A DNA stretch of 64,000 nucleotides from Candidatus Saccharimonadales bacterium (GTDB lineage Bacteria > Patescibacteriota > Saccharimonadia > Saccharimonadales > 2-12-FULL-41-12), in assembly GCA_036276755.1 (NCBI GenBank), contig DASUOG010000005.1, positions 13,777 to 77,776 of the forward strand. Reading direction: 5' to 3'. Shown in pieces: positions 48,217-58,242 of this stretch (positions are counted from its first letter, which is position 1; every line of letters begins with the position of its first letter). The translations under genes and the position numbers were made by a program. The notes beneath the pieces are model-generated. The model made no database searches. It was given only the letters and a program-made list of their open reading frames with translations, and was not told where the DNA came from.

Positions 48217-49260
48217 CTACCTTAAACCTACGGCTTTTTGTACTTTTAGCAGGGTATTGTTGGCCCGAACACTCATCAGTTTTTCAGATTCAATCAACTT
48301 GGTCTGTACATCTTCCTCTTTTATATCCGCCAGTTGGGATTGGAAACTTCTTAAGAATTCAGCTACCGCATCAGCCACCGTCTGCTTGAATTGGCCGTAC
48401 TTGGTCTGTCCGGCGAATTCCGCTTCGGCTTCGCTGACCGTTTTGCCTTTTATAAGACCGTATATCTCGATAAGATTAGAGACACCGGGCTGATTATCCG
48501 GGTCGAATCGGACTTTGTTAATGCTGTCGGTAGTCGCGGACATTATCTTTTTGCCGGCGGCTTCCGGATCGTCAAGCAGAAATATCACGCCCTTGTCGGA
48601 CTCCGCACTTTTACTCATCTTCTTATCCGGCCGAACCAGGTCTTTGATCCGAAGTCCCTGGTCCTTGGCGAAGAATTTATGTTGTTCCTTGACCGGTTTG
48701 GGAACCACAAAAATATCACCGAATCTGTTATTGATGCGCTGGGCGATATCGCGGGTAAATTCCAAATGCTGGGTCTGGTCATCGCCGACCGGCACATAGT
48801 CCGCTCCATAAAGCAGAATATCCACCGCCATCATGACCGGATAATTAAACAGTCCGGCCGAAACTTCATTCGTTCCATCCTTCTTATCTTTGAACTGAGT
48901 CATGCGGCTCATTTCGCCAAAACCGGTGAAGCAACTGAGTATCCACATCAATTCGGAATGGGCCGGTATGTAGCTTTGCCTATAGAGTTGCACGTCCGGG
49001 TCAGCCAAAGGCAACCCGGCCGCTACGAAAGTTTTCAGATTGGTCATTATCTGTTTCTGCAAACTTGGATAGTCAATCTCGGTGGTTATACTGTGGAGGT
49101 CCGGGACGAACAGATTTATCTGGTAATCTTTCGTCTTGCTCCTGGCCATATCGACCATAGGCAAAAGCGCACCGAAATAATTGCCGATGTGCAATTCATT
49201 ATTGGCCCTAAGCCCGGTTAAGATTACAGGTTTACTCATTATCTTATAACTATTATACAT
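48217..49260 (-). CDS. trpS: Tryptophan--tRNA ligase (start may be 49239)
   Basis: HIGNY, RMTQFKDK, VPVGDDQ.QH, KMSKS. Confidence 0.96.
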   Translation of the reverse strand: MYNSYKIMSKPVILTGLRANNELHIGNYFGALLPMVDMARSKTKDYQINLFVPDLHSITTEIDYPSLQKQIMTNLKTFVAAGLPLADPDVQLYRQSYIPAHSELMWILSCFTGFGEMSRMTQFKDKKDGTNEVSAGLFNYPVMMAVDILLYGADYVPVGDDQTQHLEFTRDIAQRINNRFGDIFVVPKPVKEQHKFFAKDQGLRIKDLVRPDKKMSKSAESDKGVIFLLDDPEAAGKKIMSATTDSINKVRFDPDNQPGVSNLIEIYGLIKGKTVSEAEAEFAGQTKYGQFKQTVADAVAEFLRSFQSQLADIKEEDVQTKLIESEKLMSVRANNTLLKVQKAVGLR

Positions 49261-49262
49261 AA

Positions 49263-49967
49263 CTATCTAAAGAGTTCGCCGAGAGATAGCTGTCCGGTAT
49301 AAGCGGCCGTACCCAATATCACTCCGTCTACTTCGGCTTCCGCCAAATCGTATATGTCCTCGTTGCTCCTTATACCGCCGCTTGCAATCATTTCTATCTC
49401 AACTATCCCGGCCAAGTCAAAACACTTGACAACGTTAGGGCCTTGCAAACGCCCCTCTCGGTTAACATCGGTATAGATAATTCCTCCTGCTCCGTCCTCC
49501 TCCGCCATAATGGCCGCTTCGTAGAGATTTAATCCCGTACTCTGTTGCCAGCCATGAGAGACCACTTCGTCATCTTTAGCATCTATCGCTACTATTACAT
49601 TTTTACCGAAGTTAGAAGCCGCCTCTTTGAGCCAACCGGGTTGTAAAAGCGCTCGCGTGGAGGTCACCACTTTCTCCGCGCCGGCATTTAACAACTCGTC
49701 TATATCACTCATTTGACGCAAGCCACCGCCGACCTGAAAGCTAACTCCTGGATTAGCTGCCAGGATATCCTTTATGAGGGCGATATTGCTTCCGGCTTCA
49801 AGTGCCCTGTCCAAGTCTACGATATGCAAACGCCTGGCGCCCTGTTCGATAAAGCGGGCGGCTTGAGCCAGAGGATCGTCGATCCTTAGCGTTTCTTTAC
49901 TTACATCGCCGCCTACCAGCTGTACGCAAGAACCTCCCCGTAGGTCTATAGCGGGGATAACTTGCAT
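49263..49967 (-). CDS. hisA: HisA/PriA-like phosphoribosyl isomerase
   Basis: IPAIDL..G..V.L..G, LHIVDLD, QVGGGLR, HGW, YTDV..EG.L.G, ASGG. Confidence 0.85.
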   Translation of the reverse strand: MQVIPAIDLRGGSCVQLVGGDVSKETLRIDDPLAQAARFIEQGARRLHIVDLDRALEAGSNIALIKDILAANPGVSFQVGGGLRQMSDIDELLNAGAEKVVTSTRALLQPGWLKEAASNFGKNVIVAIDAKDDEVVSHGWQQSTGLNLYEAAIMAEEDGAGGIIYTDVNREGRLQGPNVVKCFDLAGIVEIEMIASGGIRSNEDIYDLAEAEVDGVILGTAAYTGQLSLGELFR

Positions 49968-49984
49968 GCATGCTTTCCGGTTAT

Positions 49985-50377
49985 TTATCGCTTGGTGTAC
50001 TGGCGTTTCTTGCGGGCACCTTTTAGGCCGAACTTCTTGCGTTCTTTTTCCCGCGGATCGCGGCCTAACAGTTCAGCACGTCTGAGGGTATTTTTGAAAT
50101 CAGGATTCAGCTCTACCAAAGCCTTTGCTATACCTAGACGGATAGCGCCGATCTGACCGGCATGACCGCCGCCGCTGACCTTTACGCTGATGTCGTATTT
50201 GTTCTCTTGCTCGAGAGCGATGAAAGGCTTATCCAGCTCATGAAGCAAAAGCTGGCTGGCTGCGAAGTACTCCTCCGCCGGTTTGTCATTGACGCTTATT
50301 ACACCTTTGCCTTTTTTCAGCCTTACTCTGGCGGTTGAACTTTTTCTTCTGCCGAGTCCGTAAAAGTAATCTTTCAT
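49985..50377 (-). CDS. rpsI: 30S ribosomal protein S9
   Basis: GRRKS, GGG..GQ, RDPREKERKK. Confidence 0.97.
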   Translation of the reverse strand: MKDYFYGLGRRKSSTARVRLKKGKGVISVNDKPAEEYFAASQLLLHELDKPFIALEQENKYDISVKVSGGGHAGQIGAIRLGIAKALVELNPDFKNTLRRAELLGRDPREKERKKFGLKGARKKRQYTKR

Positions 50378-50820
50378 TGCTTGCCTTTCTTCAGATCGAA
50401 CTGCTGTGGGTTTTGTGCGGAATGTTTATGATTTTCATCCTTATAAACCTTGAGTCTGGACAACCTACCGTCTCTTAGTTTGTTATCCGGAAGCATGCCG
50501 CGCACGGCATCCGCTATCACTTTTGTAGAATCTTTATCAATCCTTTCCTGAAGGCTGAGTTCCCGTAGATTGCCGGGGTATCCGGAGTGTCTATAGTATT
50601 TCTTATCCGCGAGCTTGTTACCCGTCACCTTAAGTTTGTCGGAGTTGATAACTATGACGAAATCGCCGCAATCTATGTGCTTGGTAAACATAGGCTTACC
50701 CTTGCCCATCAAAAGCTGGGCAATCCGGGTAGCCAGCCTGCCGAGCGTCAGTTCGCCGGCGTCCAGGATATACCAGTCCCTTTGGATATCGGTTGGTTTC
50801 GCAGAGTAGGTCTTAGTCAT
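50374..50820 (-). CDS. rplM: 50S ribosomal protein L13
   Basis: LGRLA, GDFVIVIN, HSGYPG, GMLP. Confidence 0.97.
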   Translation of the reverse strand: MTKTYSAKPTDIQRDWYILDAGELTLGRLATRIAQLLMGKGKPMFTKHIDCGDFVIVINSDKLKVTGNKLADKKYYRHSGYPGNLRELSLQERIDKDSTKVIADAVRGMLPDNKLRDGRLSRLKVYKDENHKHSAQNPQQFDLKKGKQ

Positions 50821-51290
50821 TTTTTAGCTCCGGATTTCTTGGCGGTTGCTTTTTTAGGAGCGGTTTTCTTTGCGGTCGCGGGTTTTTTAACGGTTGCAGG
50901 TTTTTCGGGCTTGGGCCGGGGCTTCGCGGTAAGATCGTCGACGAAACTTACCTTTGCCAGCTGAGCATTATCTCCTCGGCGCGCGCGGGTCCTGGCTATC
51001 TTCAGATGTCCGCTTGAACGGTCGGATAGCTTGGGCGCTATTTCATCAACCAGTTTGTGAGCCGATTCGACGGTTTGCAGCCTGGCGATAATTATCCTGC
51101 GATTGTGCAAGCCGCCTTTCTTCGCTTTGGTTATCAGTTTTTCGGTATACGGCACCAGTTCCTTGGCCTTTTGCTCGGTGGTTTCTATAGACTCATGGAC
51201 AATGAGCGTATCAGCCAAGCCCTTAAGCAGTGCTCGGCGCTGATCGCGCTCACGGCCGAACTTGCGGCCTTTGTATCCGTGCCTGTGCAT
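50817..51290 (-). CDS. rplQ: 50S ribosomal protein L17
   Basis: MHRH, IETTE.KAKE, RRGDNA. Confidence 0.96.
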   Translation of the reverse strand: MHRHGYKGRKFGRERDQRRALLKGLADTLIVHESIETTEQKAKELVPYTEKLITKAKKGGLHNRRIIIARLQTVESAHKLVDEIAPKLSDRSSGHLKIARTRARRGDNAQLAKVSFVDDLTAKPRPKPEKPATVKKPATAKKTAPKKATAKKSGAKK

Positions 51291-52238
51291 CTAAAATTCC
51301 ATCTCCGCCATTTTTTCTTTGACTTCATCGAGCGCTTTGCTGCCGAAGCCTTTTAGTTCGCGAAGTTCGACGTCGCTTAAAGCGAACAAATCTTTGAGGG
51401 TATGAATGTCATTGTTAACAAGTGCGTTGGTAGTTCTTGCGGAAAGATTCAGATCTTCTATGGATGTCATCAGTGCCGGTGAGTCATCCGTAACGGCCGA
51501 ATCGGCGGAAGTTTCTTCCGTTGAGCTTAAAGGAGCGCCCTGTTCAACCCTGGTCTGTCCGGCCAGCGCCGTGTATTGATTGACCAATATCGCCGCCGCT
51601 TCTTCAAAAGCATCGCGCGGAGTTATAGTTCCGTCGGTTTCAACAGTTAGAATGAGCTTATCCAAATCGGTCATCTGACCCACGCGGGTATTTTCCACTT
51701 TGTAACGGACTCGTAAGACGGGACTGAATATGGAATCAATGGCTATCATGTCAGATAAGACCTTCTTGTTATTCGATTCATCGATGGCACGATAACCCCG
51801 TCCTTTTTCGACTACTATATCCATATTTATGCTGGCCGAGGCACTGTCAATATGAGCAATGACATGGCTCTTGTTGACTATCTCGACATCGGCATTCGTC
51901 TGGATGTCTTTGGCCGTAACGGGACCGGATCCCTTCTTGCTCAGCCGGATGGTCTGCGGATCATCGGAAAAGACTCGGAATCGTACACCTTTCAGATTAA
52001 GAATAATCTCGACTATATCTTCCTTCACACCGGGCAGAGTGGTGAATTCATGGCTGGCGCCGTCGACTTTAAAAGCAGTAATAGCCGCACCGGCGATCGA
52101 AGATAACAAGACCCTTCTTAAGCTGTTGCCCAGCGTCATACCATAACCGCTGTGTAAAGGTTCGATTGCGAACGTTGAATGATTCTTGCCATGGTCTTCG
52201 GTCTTTACGACACCCGGTACATGTATATTTTTTGACAT
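51291..52238 (-). CDS. rpoA: RNA polymerase alpha subunit
   Basis: GYGMTLGNSLRRVLLSS, LNLSAR..N, FGSKAL.EV. Confidence 0.97.
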   Translation of the reverse strand: MSKNIHVPGVVKTEDHGKNHSTFAIEPLHSGYGMTLGNSLRRVLLSSIAGAAITAFKVDGASHEFTTLPGVKEDIVEIILNLKGVRFRVFSDDPQTIRLSKKGSGPVTAKDIQTNADVEIVNKSHVIAHIDSASASINMDIVVEKGRGYRAIDESNNKKVLSDMIAIDSIFSPVLRVRYKVENTRVGQMTDLDKLILTVETDGTITPRDAFEEAAAILVNQYTALAGQTRVEQGAPLSSTEETSADSAVTDDSPALMTSIEDLNLSARTTNALVNNDIHTLKDLFALSDVELRELKGFGSKALDEVKEKMAEMEF

Positions 52239-52255
52239 ATTTTCCTCGTCTCCTT

Positions 52256-52870
52256 CTAACGTGAGTAAAACTCAACTATTAATTGCTCATTTATATCCGG
52301 TTCCGCATCTTCGCGATTAGGGGTACCGGTGATATTGATCTCAAACTTTTTCCTGTCAACCTTCAACCAGCCTGGTATTTCGCTCGGGGCAGGACTGACA
52401 TCGTCCAAATGTTTGAAATATTCGGATTTTTTAGACTTGTCCCTAAGCTTTAAAACGTCGTTGGGTTTCAGCCTTATGGACGGGATGTCGACACGGCGGC
52501 CGTTCAGCATGAAATGTCCATGGGTAACCAACTGCCGCGCGGCGCGGCGGCTGGGCGCCAGGCCGGAGCGGTAAACTGCGTTATCCATCCTTTGTTCTAG
52601 CAGCTTCAGCAATATCTGACCTGACTCGCCTTTGGCATGCGCCGATTCATTCATCAAATTTCTGAACTGCTTTTCCAAAAGACCATAAAGCCGCTTGACT
52701 TTTTGCTTTTCTCTTAGCTGCAGCGAATATTGGCTTGGTTTGCTACGGTATCCTCTGGTCTGTTGTCCGGGAGGTGTAGAGCGCTTGACAAGGGCTTTAT
52801 GCGCCTTGGGGTGCAAGGCATAGCCTTCGCGGCGGCTCATCTTAACTATAGAGCTTCTGTCTCTTGCCAT
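52256..52870 (-). CDS. rpsD: 30S ribosomal protein S4
   Basis: QLREKQK, ARQLVTHGH, LIVEFYSR. Confidence 0.97.
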   Translation of the reverse strand: MARDRSSIVKMSRREGYALHPKAHKALVKRSTPPGQQTRGYRSKPSQYSLQLREKQKVKRLYGLLEKQFRNLMNESAHAKGESGQILLKLLEQRMDNAVYRSGLAPSRRAARQLVTHGHFMLNGRRVDIPSIRLKPNDVLKLRDKSKKSEYFKHLDDVSPAPSEIPGWLKVDRKKFEINITGTPNREDAEPDINEQLIVEFYSR

Positions 52871-53278
52871 TTAAACTCTCCTCGCCTTCCTGGGCCGAAC
52901 TCCACCGTGCGGTATACCGGTAACATCCTGGATCGATTCGACTGCTATATTAGCTGCCATCAGCGCCCTTACCGCAGAATCCCGGCCTAACCCCACGCCC
53001 TTTATGAAAACGTCCGCTTTGCTGAACCCGAAACGCTGTTTAGCGTCCTCAATAGCTTTCTCCGCAGCTACCTGGGCCGCGTAAGCCGTGCCCTTCTTGC
53101 TGCCGCGGAAACCACAGCTTCCAGCGCTTGAACTCGTCAGAGCGCCGCCTTTCGAATCGGTGACGGTAACTATCGTATTATTGAATGTAGCAAGCACATG
53201 CACTTGGCCGGTCGGCACACTGCGCTTAACTTTCTTTTTCTTTGGTTTTACAGTCTTGGTAGTAGTATCTTCAGCCAT
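52871..53278 (-). CDS. rpsK: 30S ribosomal protein S11
   Basis: TFNNTIVT, GFRGSKK.T.YAAQ, PHGGVRP. Confidence 0.97.
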   Translation of the reverse strand: MAEDTTTKTVKPKKKKVKRSVPTGQVHVLATFNNTIVTVTDSKGGALTSSSAGSCGFRGSKKGTAYAAQVAAEKAIEDAKQRFGFSKADVFIKGVGLGRDSAVRALMAANIAVESIQDVTGIPHGGVRPRKARRV

Positions 53279-53289
53279 AATTTTACTTC

Positions 53290-53676
53290 TTAAGTCTTAG
53301 CCGGCACTTTCTTGGCGGTCCCGCCTATAGTCACCTTCTTACCTCGTCTGGTGCGCGCATTGGTCTTGGTTCTCTGTCCACGTGATGGGAGATTGAACTT
53401 ATGGCGACCGCCGCGATAAGAATTTATATCCCTGAGCCGTTTGATATTGCCGGTAACAATCCTTTGAAGTTCGCCTTCTACTACGTAATCATTGCTGATA
53501 ATTTCAGAAATCTTGCTGATCTCGCCGTCCGTCAGATTTTTTACCCGCACCGTCTTATCTATCTTGGCCTTATCCAGGATATCGTCAGCGTTTTTCTTGC
53601 CGATGCCATAGATGTACTGCAGGGCCGTATGAACCTGTTTTTCGTTCGGTATTGTGATACCCGCTATCCTTGCCAT
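53290..53676 (-). CDS. rpsM: 30S ribosomal protein S13
   Basis: MARIAG, IYGIG, RGQRTKTNARTR. Confidence 0.97.
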   Translation of the reverse strand: MARIAGITIPNEKQVHTALQYIYGIGKKNADDILDKAKIDKTVRVKNLTDGEISKISEIISNDYVVEGELQRIVTGNIKRLRDINSYRGGRHKFNLPSRGQRTKTNARTRRGKKVTIGGTAKKVPAKT

Positions 53677-53684
53677 AAAGTAAA

Positions 53685-53801
53685 CTAGCCCTGCCTTTGC
53701 TTATGCTTGGGTTTATGCTTGTTGATGACATATAATCGGCCCTTGCGGCGGACTATTTTGTCATCCGAACTGATTTTTTTCACACTAGCACGTACTTTCA
53801 T
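53685..53801 (-). CDS. rpmJ: 50S ribosomal protein L36 (Cys-free type; below ORF-track cutoff)
   Basis: [38 protein letters not shown]. Confidence 0.95.
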   Translation of the reverse strand: MKVRASVKKISSDDKIVRRKGRLYVINKHKPKHKQRQG

Positions 53802-53844
53802 ACGGATCATGACTCCTTAAGTGCATGACACACTGCTTAAATTG

Positions 53845-54066
53845 TTAGGTCTTGCGATACGTGATTCTGCCCTTCGTAAGATCGTAAGGTGTCAACTCGA
53901 CCGTAACGCTGTCCCCGGGAACGATGCGTATGTAGTTCTTACGCATTTTTCCGGCGACATGAGCTATGATTTGATGGCCATTTTCGAGCTCTACCTTGAA
54001 CTGCGTTCCAGGCAAGGTCTCTACAATCGTACCTGTAAGCTCAATTACTTCCTTATTCTTGACCAT
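53845..54066 (-). CDS. infA: Translation initiation factor IF-1
   Basis: [27 protein letters not shown]. Confidence 0.97.
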   Translation of the reverse strand: MVKNKEVIELTGTIVETLPGTQFKVELENGHQIIAHVAGKMRKNYIRIVPGDSVTVELTPYDLTKGRITYRKT

Positions 54067-54122
54067 AAATTATAACTAGAAGCCTATCTTATCAAACACT
54101 AGTGAATATTGCAACACTTTTG

Positions 54123-55592
54123 TTATTTTCTACGCCTGAATAAACGGCGCTTTGCCTTTTCTTCAGCTTCTACTTCTTGGAAGAAGTCGCCTCCGTCATA
54201 TTGGCTGTAGGTTATCATCAATGCTTGTGATTCGACCTTCCTCAACGTCTCAAGCGATACGGAGACCAGTATAAGCACGCTGGTACCGCCGATCGCCAAG
54301 TTATTGCCTAAGAATACTTCGCCGGCTATCGGCACTACCGCTAAGAGAGCTATGGCTATACCGCCGAACAAGGTAAGCCTGTTAACTACCTTCGATAAAT
54401 ATTTTTCGGTCTGAGGTCCCGATCTGACGTCAGCTATAAAACCGCCCTGTTTTTGAAGGTTCTCGGATATATCTTTGGCATTGAAGGTGATGTTCGTATA
54501 AAAGAAGGTAAATAAGAACACCAGGGCAAAATAAGTTACAGGGTAAATATAAGAATGCCAATCAGCGGCCACAAAAGTCTGAGCCGATGGTGTCTGGAAC
54601 CACGTTACCAGGTTGCTGCCGAGTTGCTGCAACTCGACTGATTGATTGCTGGTCAGAATCTGACCGATAAAAGTAGGTACGCTCAAAAAGGCTACCGCGA
54701 ATATAATCGGTACGACACCGGCTCCGATCAGCTTGACCGGCAACACCGTGGTAACGCCGCCGTATGTCCTATTGCCCTGGATGCGTTTGGCATAATGCAC
54801 GGTAAGCCGTCTGGCCGCCTCGTTGAGTTTGACCACCGCCACTATAGCCAATATCACGGATATGGCTATTATGCCGAACACCTTCAGTGCGCCAAAATCA
54901 ATCGGAATCTGATAATTCAACAGGTTATACTTCTGGTCTCCGTTAAACACACCCCCTACCAGCGCAGCCAAAGAAGCGGGCAGTGTACTGACTATACCTA
55001 CGGTTATCAATAGCGATATACCGTTGCCTATATTCTGCTCGGTTATCAATTCTCCCAACCACATCAATATCATCGAACCGCCGGTTAATGCGGCGACCAT
55101 CAGCACCCATTGCATTAATGAGCTGTTAGCCGTAATGTCACCCAGTCCGGATAATTGGCTGGCTTGTTGTTTTACTAAATAAATCGCACCCACCGACTGC
55201 ATTATCGCCAAAGGCAGGGTTAGCATACGGGTCATCTGATTTATTTTCTTACGTCCGTATTCGCCCTCTTTATTCAATGTTTCAAGCTTGGGTACCGCTC
55301 TGGTCAGCAGCTGCATTATGATGCTGGCGTTAATATATGGGCCAAGCCCTACCAGCATGATGGAAAAATTAGCCAGCGCGCCACCGGATAGTACGTTGAG
55401 GAAACTCAGAAATTGAGGAGTATCGCTGGACGTGAATAATGATTCTAAAACCTGGCGGACGTTCTGCGGATCGCTGATAGGTATCGGGATGTGGGCGAGG
55501 ATCCTAAATATTATGACGATGCCGAGCACTGCCAAAATTTTTTTGCGCATATCGGCGTCGGCTAACGACTTCCAGATCAGTTTCCAGTTCAT
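54123..55592 (-). CDS. secY: Preprotein translocase SecY
   Basis: PYINASIIMQLL, IGNGISL, GVVPIIFA, GGTS.LI.V. Confidence 0.97.
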   Translation of the reverse strand: MNWKLIWKSLADADMRKKILAVLGIVIIFRILAHIPIPISDPQNVRQVLESLFTSSDTPQFLSFLNVLSGGALANFSIMLVGLGPYINASIIMQLLTRAVPKLETLNKEGEYGRKKINQMTRMLTLPLAIMQSVGAIYLVKQQASQLSGLGDITANSSLMQWVLMVAALTGGSMILMWLGELITEQNIGNGISLLITVGIVSTLPASLAALVGGVFNGDQKYNLLNYQIPIDFGALKVFGIIAISVILAIVAVVKLNEAARRLTVHYAKRIQGNRTYGGVTTVLPVKLIGAGVVPIIFAVAFLSVPTFIGQILTSNQSVELQQLGSNLVTWFQTPSAQTFVAADWHSYIYPVTYFALVFLFTFFYTNITFNAKDISENLQKQGGFIADVRSGPQTEKYLSKVVNRLTLFGGIAIALLAVVPIAGEVFLGNNLAIGGTSVLILVSVSLETLRKVESQALMITYSQYDGGDFFQEVEAEEKAKRRLFRRRK

Positions 55593-55632
55593 CCGATTTT
55601 AATTACCCTCACTTTTAAACAAGTATACAGTA

Positions 55633-56100
55633 TTATTTCTTCGTGTTTTTCTTAGGACGTTTCAGTTGGTCGGCCCGTTCAAATTTCCCGCCCGCTTTGA
55701 CAACCATTTTGACGGCGGCTTCGCTTGCCGAAGTCAGACTAACCTCTATCTTTTTCTTTAAATCACCGTTGACTATAAGTTTTACTTTAGTATAAGGATT
55801 GTCAATTATCCCGGCTTCGGCTAAAACCTTGGAGTCTATCTTTGATTTGCCCAAGGCCTCCAGCTGTCCGGTATACACTACCGCAGGCTTAGCGCGATGC
55901 GATTTAAAGCCGCGTAATTTGGGCAAGCGCATATAAAGCGGCAATTGTCCGCCTTCGAATCCAGGGCGTACCCCGCCGCTTTTGCGGGCACCTTGGCCTT
56001 TGGTACCACGTCCGGCGGTTTTGCCTTTGCCGGCGGCAATGCCCCGGCCTACTCGAGTTGGTTTCTTTTGCCTGGTCGTCTTAAGTTCGTTTACCTTCAT
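55633..56100 (-). CDS. rplO: 50S ribosomal protein L15
   Basis: GRG...GKGKTAGRG.KGQ, GFEGGQ. Confidence 0.97.
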   Translation of the reverse strand: MKVNELKTTRQKKPTRVGRGIAAGKGKTAGRGTKGQGARKSGGVRPGFEGGQLPLYMRLPKLRGFKSHRAKPAVVYTGQLEALGKSKIDSKVLAEAGIIDNPYTKVKLIVNGDLKKKIEVSLTSASEAAVKMVVKAGGKFERADQLKRPKKNTKK

Positions 56101-56663
56101 TTGCTATCCTTTGATTTGCTTTTGACGGGCGGTTTCGTCTTAGCCGCAGTCTTTTTAGTAGTACTGCCGGCTTTTCTGGTTACCCACTTTTCCGCAGGCT
56201 GCATGCTTTTTAATGCTTTTAGCGTAGCGTATGCGGCATTGACCTTATTGGTAGAACCAAGCGATTTGGATAAAGCATTGTTGACACCGCCAACCTCAAG
56301 GAGCGTTCTGACCACCCCGCCGGCGATCAAGCCTGTTCCCGGTCCGGCAGGTTTGATAAGTATAAGCGCGCCGCCTACTTTGGCTTGCACTTCATGCGGT
56401 AACGTCCCGTTATACAAGGAAAGTGTGGTCAAATCTTTTTTCGCGGCTTCGACGGCCTTGGTCACGGCGGAAGTTACGTCCGCGCCTTTAGCGGTAGCTA
56501 CGCCTACCCTGCTTTTTTTGTCGCCCACTACAACAAGCGCCCTAAATCTGAAGCGCCGACCGCCTTTTACCACCCGGGCTACGCGGTCTATATGCAGTAC
56601 TCGTTCCTCAAACTGCTTTTCCTCCATACCGGTCTTCACATCCCTCATTCTAGCGTTTGCCAT
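56097..56663 (-). CDS. rpsE: 30S ribosomal protein S5
   Basis: RVARVVKGGRRF, PAGPGTG.IAGG. Confidence 0.97.
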   Translation of the reverse strand: MANARMRDVKTGMEEKQFEERVLHIDRVARVVKGGRRFRFRALVVVGDKKSRVGVATAKGADVTSAVTKAVEAAKKDLTTLSLYNGTLPHEVQAKVGGALILIKPAGPGTGLIAGGVVRTLLEVGGVNNALSKSLGSTNKVNAAYATLKALKSMQPAEKWVTRKAGSTTKKTAAKTKPPVKSKSKDSK

Positions 56664-57016
56664 TATATCTCTAGTCCTTCCTCGCGAGCCGCGTCGGCCA
56701 GCGCCTTTATCCTGCCGTGGTACAACTTATTTCCCCTGTCGAGAGTAACCTTGGTTATCTTCTTGGCTTTGGATTTCTTGGCCAGTTCCTTGCCCACCAT
56801 GACAGCCTTATCCGCCATAGTGCCTTTAGCGTCGGTCCCAGTGGTCGTGACCGAAATTATTGTTTTATTGGCAGCATCATCAATTATTTGCGCCGAAACA
56901 TTCCTGTTACTTATAAAAACTGACAGCCGGGGCAATGTCGATACGCTTTTGAGCGTTTTCCTCACCCGGTGCTTGCGCCTTATTGCGTTGGTTCTTTTTG
57001 AGTCTAGCCTATTCAT
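56663..57016 (-). CDS. rplR: 50S ribosomal protein L18
   Basis: PRLSVF.SN, DRG...YHGRIKALAD.ARE.GL. Confidence 0.96.
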   Translation of the reverse strand: MNRLDSKRTNAIRRKHRVRKTLKSVSTLPRLSVFISNRNVSAQIIDDAANKTIISVTTTGTDAKGTMADKAVMVGKELAKKSKAKKITKVTLDRGNKLYHGRIKALADAAREEGLEI

Positions 57017-57556
57017 TTACTTTTCCTTGCCTGATTTGCCGCTCTTGCGGATTATTCTTTCATCGGCGTATTTAATACCTTTGCCCTTATAAGGTTCCGG
57101 TTTTTTAAGGGCGCGGATTTCCGCGGCTACCTGTCCCACTTGCTGACGGTTAATACCGCTGACGGTTATGATATTCTGCTCAACCTTTATCTCTATGCCT
57201 TCGGGGACTTTGTACACTACTTCATGCGACAAGCCCAGGTTCAGTCTAAGGTCTTGTCCGGCCAAATTGATCCTATAGCCGATACCATTTACTTCCAGCT
57301 TCTTCTCAAATCCTTGGCTTACACCAGTAACCATGTTCTGGACCAAAGAACGCATCAAACCGTGTTTTGATCTTGATTCGCGCTCATCGTTAGCTGCCTC
57401 TAAAACCAGTTCGTCATCTTGTTGTTTGATGTTAACCCCCGGCATGGTAAATTGCGTCAACGAGCCTTTTGAGCCGTTGACGGTAACTGTGTCGTGGTCA
57501 ATAGTAACTGTGACCCCCGACGGTATTTTGACTGGTACTTTGCCTACTCTACTCAT
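57017..57556 (-). CDS. rplF: 50S ribosomal protein L6
   Basis: MSRVGK.P, PEPYKGKGIKY. Confidence 0.97.
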   Translation of the reverse strand: MSRVGKVPVKIPSGVTVTIDHDTVTVNGSKGSLTQFTMPGVNIKQQDDELVLEAANDERESRSKHGLMRSLVQNMVTGVSQGFEKKLEVNGIGYRINLAGQDLRLNLGLSHEVVYKVPEGIEIKVEQNIITVSGINRQQVGQVAAEIRALKKPEPYKGKGIKYADERIIRKSGKSGKEK

Positions 57557-57566
57557 AAACGTTCTT

Positions 57567-57962
57567 TTAATAAACCTCGCATATTAACTCGCCGCCAATT
57601 TTGGCCTTTTTTGCTTCGTCGCCCGTCATCATGCCCTTCGAGGTCGAAATAATCACGATACCGCGGCCTCTTTTGACTACCGGTATGTCCTTCGATTTGG
57701 CATAAAGCCTTCTGCCCGGACGGCTCAGCCTAGTAATCTCTGTGATACGGGCATTCTCTTTCTCGCTGTTGATCAGGATCAATATCTTCTTTTCCGTACC
57801 GTCGCCTTCAACCTTCACCTCGTCGATGAAATTTGCCTTTTGCAACAACCTTGCTACCGATTGTTTGATACTAGAATACGGCAAGTCAACTTCGTTCCTG
57901 CCTACCGCTATGGCGTTACGGATTCTTGTCAGCATATCTGAAATTGGATCTGTTGAAACCAT
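57567..57962 (-). CDS. rpsH: 30S ribosomal protein S8
   Basis: DPISDMLTRIRNA, SRPGRR.Y, GGELIC. Confidence 0.97.
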   Translation of the reverse strand: MVSTDPISDMLTRIRNAIAVGRNEVDLPYSSIKQSVARLLQKANFIDEVKVEGDGTEKKILILINSEKENARITEITRLSRPGRRLYAKSKDIPVVKRGRGIVIISTSKGMMTGDEAKKAKIGGELICEVY

Positions 57963-57970
57963 ATGGACTC

Positions 57971-58240
57971 TTACCAACTTCCCTTAGTTACGCCCGGTAT
58001 TTCGCCTTTTGAAGCATGTTCCCGGAAAGATATTCTGGATAATCCGAAGGTCCGCATATATGCTCTGGGCCGGCCGGTTTCATGGCACCGGTTCTTTAGA
58101 CGGGTCGGCGATGAATTTCGGGGTAGCAAATGTAGCCCGACATAATCGCCGGCTTGTTTTAATTCTGCGCGTCTTTCGGCATACTTGGCTATCATTTTCT
58201 TACGTTTTTCATCCCTATTTACGATAGATTTTTTCGCCAT
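57971..58240 (-). CDS. rpsN: 30S ribosomal protein S14 (89-aa Zn-independent type)
   Basis: [32 protein letters not shown]. Confidence 0.96.
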   Translation of the reverse strand: MAKKSIVNRDEKRKKMIAKYAERRAELKQAGDYVGLHLLPRNSSPTRLKNRCHETGRPRAYMRTFGLSRISFREHASKGEIPGVTKGSW

Positions 58241-58242
58241 GG

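Noticed and set aside
48391-49221. 276-aa ORF antisense to trpS
   Set aside because: Shadow frame of a conserved gene; no motifs
55945-56748. 267-aa ORF antisense to rpsE/rplO
   Set aside because: Shadow of ribosomal protein genes
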